Shown here in pieces: positions 57,257-64,000 of a stretch of DNA of 64,000 nt. Each line of letters begins with the position of its first letter. The first letter of the stretch is position 1. The DNA comes from Alphaproteobacteria bacterium. GTDB lineage: Bacteria > Pseudomonadota > Alphaproteobacteria > UBA2966. A model generated the notes under the pieces. That model saw nothing but the letters and a program-made list of their open reading frames with translations, was not told the DNA's origin and did not search any database. The translations under genes were made by a program, and so were the position numbers. The DNA lies in assembly GCA_964291395.2 (NCBI GenBank), contig OZ219856.1, positions 2,176,001 to 2,240,000 of the forward strand, given 5' to 3'.

Positions 57257-59600
57257 CGGCCGGACGTCCTCGGGCGGAGGATCGGTTCTCCTGCATGTGG
57301 CGCCACACGGTCTCGGGCGTCGCGGGGCCGTCGAACCGGGTCACGCCATATGGTCTCAAGGCGTCGATCACGGCATTGGTGACCGCGGGAAAGGCGCCGA
57401 CCGCCCCGGCCTCTCCGCAGCCCTTCACACCCAGGGGATTCGTCGTGCACGGCACTTCGTTGAAGGTGAGGTCGACATCGGGCATGTCGTCGGCACGGGG
57501 CACGGCGTAGTCCATGAACGTGGCCGTGAGCATCTGCCCGTTCCCAGGATCGAAGCGGATCCGCTCCATCAGAGCCTGGCCGACGCCCTGGGCAAGGCCG
57601 CCGTGCACCTGACCGGACGCGATCAGCGGATTGATGAGCACGCCGAAGTCATCGACGATCGTGTACCGCGTGAGCGACACCCGACCGGTGTCGGGATCGA
57701 CCTCGACCTCGCAGACATGGGCGCCGTTCGGAAACGTCGAAGCCTCGCGCCAGTACTCCTGGTAGGTGTCGAGGCCCGCCTCCATGCCCTCGGGACGCCG
57801 TTCGGGATCACGGGCGATTCGGGCGACCTCCAGAATGTCGAGCGCCCGGTCGGTGCCGGCGACGGTGAAGAGCCCTTCCGAGAATTCGATATCCGCTTCC
57901 GCCGCCTCCAGGGCATGGGCGGCGACGGCGCGACCCTTCTCGACGATGGATTCGGAGGCGAGGTGGAGCGCCGACCCCGCCATGTGGGTGGACCGGGACC
58001 CGCCATGGCCGCCGCCCTTGGCGATGAGATCGGTGTCCCCTTGTCCGAACACGATGTTCTCGAACGGGATGCCCAGCTTGGCCGAGACGATCTGCGGGAA
58101 CGTGGTTTCGTGGCCCTGGCCGTTCGACCGCGTCCCCGTGACGAGGGCGACTCCGTCGTCGTCCTCGAACCTGATCTCGACGCACTCCTCCGGCGGCCCC
58201 ATGGTCATTTCCATGTAGTAGGCGACACCGAGACCGCGAAGCCGGCCGGCCGCTTCACTCCGGTCGCGGCGCGCTTCGAATCCGGCGGCGTCGGCCCGGT
58301 CCAGCGCGCGGTCGAGGGTGTCCGCGCAGGTACCGGTATCGATCGTGACGCCATGGAAGTTCGTGACCGGGGCGGCGTCCGTCCGCATGAAATTCCGTCG
58401 CCGCAGTTCCAGCGCGTTGAATCCCGTCTCTCGCGCGGCGGCCTCGATGAGCCGTTCCATCACGTTCATCGACTCGGCATAGCCCACGCCCCGGTAGGCC
58501 CCGAGCGGCGTGGCGTTGGTGAAAACCGCCTTGACGCTGAGGTGAACGGCCGGGATGTCGTAGACACCGCCGGTGAGAGTGCCGTAAGCGACGGTGTGGA
58601 GCAGAGCCGCGGTGGCCGTGACGTAGGCGCCGAGATTGCCGAGCGTGTGCACGCGCAGTCCCAGAAACCTGCCGTCGGCGTCGAGGCCGAGCTCGGCTCG
58701 GGTGACGTGATCGCGGCCGTGGTCGTCGCTGAGGAACGATTCGGTGCGCTCGTTGATCCACTTCACCGGCCGGCCGAGGCGCCTCGCCGCCCACAGGACG
58801 AGAACGGTCTCGGGATACAGGAAGTTCTTCATGCCGAAGCCGCCGCCTACGTCCGGCGCGATGACGCGGATATTCTCCGCGGGCACCTTGAGCGAGTCCG
58901 CGAGGATGCCGCGGGCGAGGTGGATGTTCTGGCCCGAGGTGTAGAGCAGATAGCGTCCCTCGCTCTCGTCGTAGGCGCCCAGCGATCCGCGCGGCTCGAT
59001 CGAATTGGCGATCACCCGGTGATTGACGAGATCGAGGCTGACCACGTGTTCCGCCGCCGCCAAGGCGGCCTCGGCCGCCGTCGAATCCCCAACTTCCCAA
59101 TCGTAGGAAAGGTTCTTTCGCGGGCTGTCCCATATCGCCGGGGCATCGTCGCTCAGCGCCGTCTCGGCATCGACGACGGAGGGCAAGGGCTCGTATTCGA
59201 CGGAGACGAGTTCGGCCGCGTCGAGCGCCTGCTCCCTCGTCCCGGCGACGACGAATGCGACTCCGTCGCCCAAATAGCGGACACGGTCCGACACCAGCGC
59301 GTGGCGCGGTGGCACGAAGAAGGGCGTCCCGTCCGTGTTGGCGGTGCGCGCGTGAGGCCGAACGGGCAGCAGTCCGTCGGCTGCGGCGTCGGCGCCCGTG
59401 AGCACCGCGGCGACGCCCGGAGCCGCCTCCGCCGTCGAGGTGTCGATGCCGCGGATGGCTGCGTGGGCGTGCGGTGGCCGCAGAACGACGCCGTGGAGCG
59501 TCCCGTCAAGGGAAACGTCGTCGACGAACCGGCTGTCTCCGGTGAGGAAGCGCCGATCCTCGGCGCGCCGTATCGCCTGCCCGATTCCATAGACCGCCAT
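57240..59600 (-). CDS. Xanthine dehydrogenase family Mo-binding subunit 3
   Basis: RAEDRRFLTG, GGGFGMK, AYRGVGY, NGQGHET, KGCGEAG. Confidence 0.93.
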   Translation of the reverse strand: MAVYGIGQAIRRAEDRRFLTGDSRFVDDVSLDGTLHGVVLRPPHAHAAIRGIDTSTAEAAPGVAAVLTGADAAADGLLPVRPHARTANTDGTPFFVPPRHALVSDRVRYLGDGVAFVVAGTREQALDAAELVSVEYEPLPSVVDAETALSDDAPAIWDSPRKNLSYDWEVGDSTAAEAALAAAEHVVSLDLVNHRVIANSIEPRGSLGAYDESEGRYLLYTSGQNIHLARGILADSLKVPAENIRVIAPDVGGGFGMKNFLYPETVLVLWAARRLGRPVKWINERTESFLSDDHGRDHVTRAELGLDADGRFLGLRVHTLGNLGAYVTATAALLHTVAYGTLTGGVYDIPAVHLSVKAVFTNATPLGAYRGVGYAESMNVMERLIEAAARETGFNALELRRRNFMRTDAAPVTNFHGVTIDTGTCADTLDRALDRADAAGFEARRDRSEAAGRLRGLGVAYYMEMTMGPPEECVEIRFEDDDGVALVTGTRSNGQGHETTFPQIVSAKLGIPFENIVFGQGDTDLIAKGGGHGGSRSTHMAGSALHLASESIVEKGRAVAAHALEAAEADIEFSEGLFTVAGTDRALDILEVARIARDPERRPEGMEAGLDTYQEYWREASTFPNGAHVCEVEVDPDTGRVSLTRYTIVDDFGVLINPLIASGQVHGGLAQGVGQALMERIRFDPGNGQMLTATFMDYAVPRADDMPDVDLTFNEVPCTTNPLGVKGCGEAGAVGAFPAVTNAVIDALRPYGVTRFDGPATPETVWRHMQENRSSARGRPAVRIVS

Positions 59601-59700
59601 GATCCCTACTCCCCCGACGCCGCGCGGACACCCCGGGCACGATCGGTTCGGAGGGCTTCGGCGGTCAAAATCATGACGGCGGGCATGGAGCGCCGGCGTC

Positions 59701-61113
59701 CTACAGATCGGGCATCCGCTCGTGCCAGCCGGTTTCGCGCTGGTACAGGTGCGCCGCGTTCAGCAGCCGGGCCTCCGCGAAGGGCCGCCCGACCAACTGG
59801 AACGCGACGGGAAGCCCGTTCTGCGCGAATCCGCAGGGGACCGAGACGGCGGGCAGACCGAGATAGCTGATGGTCCGGGTGAACTTGGGAAAAAGACCCA
59901 TGGTTCGCACCGCGCGCTCCGGGGACGCCGGATCGCTGTCGGTCAGGGTCGGCGCGGGCGCCGGACCCGTCGGTACATGCAGGAGGTCGACGCGTCCCAG
60001 CACCTCCTCGAGAAATTCGCCGAGCAGCGGACCGCGCAGGCGCAGCGCCTCTATGTAACGGGTCGCTGGAATGAACAGGCCCGGTTCCATCGGCGCGCGA
60101 ATGGCGATCTGGTAATCGTCGGGCCGTTCGGCGAGCCACTTCCCGTGAAGCGCGGCGGCCTCCGCCGCGAGAATGAGTTGTCCGAGGCGCATGGCGAGGC
60201 CCGGATCCGGCACGGAAACCTCCACCAGTTCGGCACCCAATGTCCGGAACACCTCGCGGGAGTCCGCCATGCCCTTCGCAACGTTCCCGTCGATGTCCTC
60301 GTTGTAGTAGTTGGTGGCGACCCCGACGCGGAGGCCTTTCAAGGTCTGCTCCAGCTCCTCCTCGTAGTCGGGGACGGGCTCGCCGCTCGATTGGGGATCG
60401 CGGGAATCGAAGCCGGCGACGGCGGTCATCATCCTGGCGACGTCCCGCGCCGTTCTCGCCATGGGGCCCAACGTGTCGGTCGCCCAGGACCGCGGCATGA
60501 CACCGTACCGCGACACCCTGCCATCGGTCGGTTTGATCCCGACGACGCCGCAGAGACCGGCCGGAATGCGCACGGACCCACCGGTGTCCGAGCCCAGGGA
60601 ACCGGTCACCATGCGTGCCGCCACGGCGGCGCCGGAACCGCTGGAAGATCCTCCCGGTATGTGATCCGTGTTCCACGGGTTCAGGCAATCGCCGTAGTGT
60701 TCGTTGTGGCCGGTTCCGCCGGCGGCGAATTCCGCCATGTTCAGGGTGCCGACTTCGATCGCGCCCGCGGCGTCGAGCCGCTCCAGGGCGGTCGCCGTGA
60801 CTTCCGCCGCCACGTTGCGCCGGATTTCCGAGCCGCACGTGGAGACGCGGCCCTTGCGGTAGAGCAGGTCCTTGTGCGCCAGGGGCACGCCGAAGAGCGG
60901 CGGCGCCCCGTTGCCATTCGACAGTACGGCGTCCGCACGTCGGGCGGCATCGAGCGCGCCGTCTCCATCGATGTCGATGAAGGCGTTGACGAGGGGCTGC
61001 ACCCGGTCGATTCGGGCGAGCGTGGCCTCCATCACCTCGACGGCGGAGACGCGGCGCGTCCGAATGGCGTCGGCAAGATCGCACAGCGTGTATTCGACGA
61101 TGTCCACGCTCAT
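59701..61113 (-). CDS. Amidase signature family enzyme
   Basis: LAHKD, GGSSSGS, GSDTGGSVRIPA (Ser-cisSer-Lys triad). Confidence 0.95.
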   Translation of the reverse strand: MSVDIVEYTLCDLADAIRTRRVSAVEVMEATLARIDRVQPLVNAFIDIDGDGALDAARRADAVLSNGNGAPPLFGVPLAHKDLLYRKGRVSTCGSEIRRNVAAEVTATALERLDAAGAIEVGTLNMAEFAAGGTGHNEHYGDCLNPWNTDHIPGGSSSGSGAAVAARMVTGSLGSDTGGSVRIPAGLCGVVGIKPTDGRVSRYGVMPRSWATDTLGPMARTARDVARMMTAVAGFDSRDPQSSGEPVPDYEEELEQTLKGLRVGVATNYYNEDIDGNVAKGMADSREVFRTLGAELVEVSVPDPGLAMRLGQLILAAEAAALHGKWLAERPDDYQIAIRAPMEPGLFIPATRYIEALRLRGPLLGEFLEEVLGRVDLLHVPTGPAPAPTLTDSDPASPERAVRTMGLFPKFTRTISYLGLPAVSVPCGFAQNGLPVAFQLVGRPFAEARLLNAAHLYQRETGWHERMPDL

Positions 61114-61319
61114 GACCCTTGCCCGTCTTGCGTGGCGCGGATGAGGGTCTGACGGGCGCTCAACAGCTCGTCATCGAAGTCCGACTCGCGTCCGGCGCGT
61201 CTTGCCGACTCGGCGAGTTCGGTGACTTGGCGTGCGATCTCGGCAGCCCGATCCTCCGTCAGCTCGATGCCGTAGATCTCCCGGGCCATCGCCCGGATGG
61301 TTTCTCCGCTGCAGCCCAT
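61110..61319 (-). CDS. Small protein coupled to the amidase (AtzG/GatC-like partner candidate)
   Basis: 69 aa, GGGAGG RBS, ATGA overlap with the amidase start. Confidence 0.65.
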   Translation of the reverse strand: MGCSGETIRAMAREIYGIELTEDRAAEIARQVTELAESARRAGRESDFDDELLSARQTLIRATQDGQGS

Positions 61320-61453
61320 GTCCCGCCTCCCCGCAGAGCATCGTTCCAACCATTCTTACACAATGATCGCCGCGGCGCATGCCGCCTTCGACCCCGACCG
61401 CGCGCGATGTATGCTGGCGGCCGTTCCCGAGCATCGCAGGACAGGGGGATCGC

Positions 61454-62218
61454 ATGCCCCGCATACTCGTCATCGTCCCAGCCCCGGTATCCGGAGAACA
61501 GCTCGAACTGCGCAGGGCGCAGGCCGCCGTCGCCGGATTGCCCGAAGACGTCGAGGTGGACTACCGCGCGGTTCGCGCCTCCGCCGACAACCAAGTGAGC
61601 CATCACGACTATGCCCTTAGCGAAATCTGCATCCTGGAAGCGGGACTGACGGCGGCGGAAGAAGGTTACGACGCGGTTTGCATCGACACGGTCAGCGACA
61701 GCGGCGTGAACACCCTGCGCTCGATGCTCGATATCCCGGTCGTCGGTCCCGGCCGGACCAGCTACCTGGTCGCGCTCATGCTCGGCAACCGATTCTCCGT
61801 CGTGACGATGTGGGACAGGTGGAAACCGCTCGTCAAGAAGACCCTGACGGATCTGCAGATGCTGGACCGCTGCGCCTCGATCCGGACCATCGGCATGGAA
61901 CCGGACACGCGCGGCCTGCTTGAAGGGAAGGAGGACGAGACATTTTCGAAGATGCTCGAGGCCGCGCGGCTCTGCATCGACGAGGACGGCGCGGAGGTGA
62001 TCTGCCTGGGCTCCACGACCATGCACGATGCCGCCGAATTCCTCGAGGCTCGGCTCGAGGTTCCGGTCGTCAACCCGGGACCCTTGTCCTATCAGGTCGC
62101 CAGTTCGCTCATCCGCTTGCGACTCGCCCAAAGCCGCGCCGCCTGGCCGTCCCCGGTCAAGCCGAAGGAGGAGATGATCCGCGCCATGATCGAGGCCGCG
62201 GCCGGGTTCACCGAGTAG
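61454..62218 (+). CDS. Asp/Glu/hydantoin racemase family protein
   Basis: MPRILVI, AEEGYDAV, DIPVVGPG, EDGAEVICLG, VPVVNP. Confidence 0.85.
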   Translation: MPRILVIVPAPVSGEQLELRRAQAAVAGLPEDVEVDYRAVRASADNQVSHHDYALSEICILEAGLTAAEEGYDAVCIDTVSDSGVNTLRSMLDIPVVGPGRTSYLVALMLGNRFSVVTMWDRWKPLVKKTLTDLQMLDRCASIRTIGMEPDTRGLLEGKEDETFSKMLEAARLCIDEDGAEVICLGSTTMHDAAEFLEARLEVPVVNPGPLSYQVASSLIRLRLAQSRAAWPSPVKPKEEMIRAMIEAAAGFTE

Positions 62219-62257
62219 TCAAAGACCGCCACCCGCCGCCGCGGGGCCCGGAAGCCC

Positions 62258-63121
62258 TCACAGCCCCATCCGTGCGACGATCGCCTGCGTCAGGGGATCG
62301 CCGCCGTCGCCCAGGCGGTCCGTGACGGCGAAGTGGTGGTCGCCTTCTACCTCCACGTAATCGCTTTCGATCCCGAGGCTCAGGCATTTTTCGGTGAAAT
62401 CCCTCGACTGCCGGCGGAAAGATCGCGTTTCCCCGCCTCCGACCGCGCAAATCATGGTACCGCTGAAATAGAGCGGCAGACGCTGCGGACTGTTCGCCGC
62501 GGCCATTTGCGCGGTCAGCCGGATGTACGGCTGCAGGTTCGTATGACGGTGAGGCTCGATATCGAACAGTCCGCTGATGGGTGCGGTGCCCTTTATGAGA
62601 TCGGCCGGGAGCCCGAACAATCCGTCCCAATCGGTCGCCATCATCATGCCGGTGAGGTGTCCGCCGGCGGAATGGCCGCCGACGTAAAGTCGGCCCGAGC
62701 TGCCGTTGTATTCCATGATATGGGTGTGGACCCAAACGAGGGCCCGGCGGACCTGGTCCACGATATCGGGGATCGTTACGTCCGGACACAGTTCGTAATT
62801 GGGCAGCACCACGGTCGCACCCGCCGCCGTCATCGGCGCCGCGACCTCGCTGTATATGGCCTTGTCGAGTTGATACCAGTAGCCGCCGTGGATGTAGAAA
62901 AAAACGGGGGCGCCCGGCCGGTCCGCCGGGAATATGTCGAGCGTCTGTTTCGGAGTGTCGCCGTAAGGCACATCCAGCACACAACTCAGCCGCGCGCGAA
63001 CCGCCTCGCTTCGTTCCGCCGCGCGCTCCAAGAAGGCATCGGCGTCGGGGATCGTCATACGGGCGCGATACTCCAAATTGAGAGCATCCCGCTCCACTTC
63101 GGTCAGGTTCTCAAAATCCAT
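62258..63121 (-). CDS. Alpha/beta hydrolase (arylformamidase-like)
   Basis: YIHGGYW, GHSAGGHL, ISGLFD, HHF. Confidence 0.9.
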   Translation of the reverse strand: MDFENLTEVERDALNLEYRARMTIPDADAFLERAAERSEAVRARLSCVLDVPYGDTPKQTLDIFPADRPGAPVFFYIHGGYWYQLDKAIYSEVAAPMTAAGATVVLPNYELCPDVTIPDIVDQVRRALVWVHTHIMEYNGSSGRLYVGGHSAGGHLTGMMMATDWDGLFGLPADLIKGTAPISGLFDIEPHRHTNLQPYIRLTAQMAAANSPQRLPLYFSGTMICAVGGGETRSFRRQSRDFTEKCLSLGIESDYVEVEGDHHFAVTDRLGDGGDPLTQAIVARMGL

Positions 63122-63247
63122 CGCGTCCTCGTGGGCAACGTCCAGACGTGCGGGAAACGGAATTGCGAGAGTTTCTCTTCGCGGTCTTCCTGTCGCTCCA
63201 TCTCTGGTGGGTGCCGTCGAGCCTTCGCCGCGACGCAACGCAAGTCC

Positions 63248-64000
63248 TCAGTCGCCCACGATCTCGGGCCGTCGATCGGTCCATGGATGCGCCGTCTCGA
63301 GCTGAGCCGCCAGCCGGATCAGGGTGGCTTCGTCGCCATAGGGGGCGACCAGTTGGACGCTGATGGGCAGGCCGGTCTCACTGACCCCCATCGGCAGCGT
63401 GATGCCGGGCTGTCCGGTGATGTTGAACCATACGGTGAAGGGGCTGAAGCTGAAAACCCGGTTCCAATATTCGTCCGCGTCTTCCAGCATCATGTCGATC
63501 CAGCCGAGCCTGGGAGGTAACGTCCCGAGGGCGGGCGTCAGGAGCACGTCGTAGGACTGGTGAAAGGCTGCCATCCGGCGCCCCAGCCGGTGCGCGGCCT
63601 GCGTCGCCTGCACATAGTCGGCGCCCGACATCTCCTCTCCCAGTTTCGCGGCGGCCGCCGTAACCCGCTCGACGTTGCTGGCACCGGCCTTCTTGCCGGC
63701 GGGGTGGCTGCGCAAGGCCGCCGCGACGTTCGCGGCGCTGATGGTGCGGAACGTGGGGATCACGGACTCGCGGTCGATGTCGGGGTCGGCTTCCTCGACG
63801 TCGTGGCCGAGGTCGCGGAGTAGCCTGGCGGCGTTCTCGAAGACTTCGAGGACCTGGCTTTCGACGGGGGCGCCGTTGGGCGCTCGCGAGGTCATGGCGA
63901 TGCAGAGCCGACCGGGGTCGGCGCCAACCTCATCGAGAAACGGGCGCGCAGGCGGAGGGGCGACGTAGGGATCGCCGGAACCCGGCCCTGCCGTGGCATC
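63248..64000 (-). CDS. Amidase signature family enzyme (C-terminal part; runs off window end)
   Basis: YDVLLTP, FTVWFNITGQP, GLPISVQL, LAAQLETAHPW; frame open to the window edge. Confidence 0.88.
   Translation of the reverse strand, partial: DATAGPGSGDPYVAPPPARPFLDEVGADPGRLCIAMTSRAPNGAPVESQVLEVFENAARLLRDLGHDVEEADPDIDRESVIPTFRTISAANVAAALRSHPAGKKAGASNVERVTAAAAKLGEEMSGADYVQATQAAHRLGRRMAAFHQSYDVLLTPALGTLPPRLGWIDMMLEDADEYWNRVFSFSPFTVWFNITGQPGITLPMGVSETGLPISVQLVAPYGDEATLIRLAAQLETAHPWTDRRPEIVGD

Noticed and set aside
59701-61319. gatCA of the Glu-tRNA amidotransferase
   Set aside because: No gatB adjacent; context is catabolic; the small ORF is shorter than typical GatC

Overview
GC-rich bacterial DNA. 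The gene families and a tRNA-fMet remnant point to an Alphaproteobacterium; the adhesin type is reminiscent of marine sponge symbionts (inference). Most of the window is catabolic or transport genes: three Gfo/Idh/MocA and two 3-hydroxyisobutyrate-dehydrogenase-family oxidoreductases, a GGT-like hydrolase, a TauE exporter, a radical SAM enzyme, a class III CoA-transferase, hydantoinase/oxoprolinase A plus two B subunits, a GcvT-family FAD oxidoreductase, three stand-alone xanthine-dehydrogenase-family Mo subunits, ProU-like and Opp ABC transporters, a sulfatase-AgaI-ROK operon, two amidases, an atypical racemase, and a CP-ATP-grasp/alpha-E/transglutaminase triad. An accessory region of about 18.3-33.3 kb holds a tandem pair of unannotated paralogous proteins, a ~410 bp diverged direct repeat ending in a decayed tRNA-fMet 3' half, a serine-recombinase remnant, three toxin-antitoxin loci (one intact), gene debris, an inverted pair of TetR paralogs, and a broken repeat-rich adhesin ending in a SPOR domain. 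The best novelty candidates are the NCS2 permease fused to a degenerate GHKL-like domain, the paired HEPN-like small proteins, the barrel+SPOR adhesin, and the orphan Mo subunits. No CRISPR array, rRNA or complete tRNA was seen. All family calls come from motif recognition by eye; no database searches were run.
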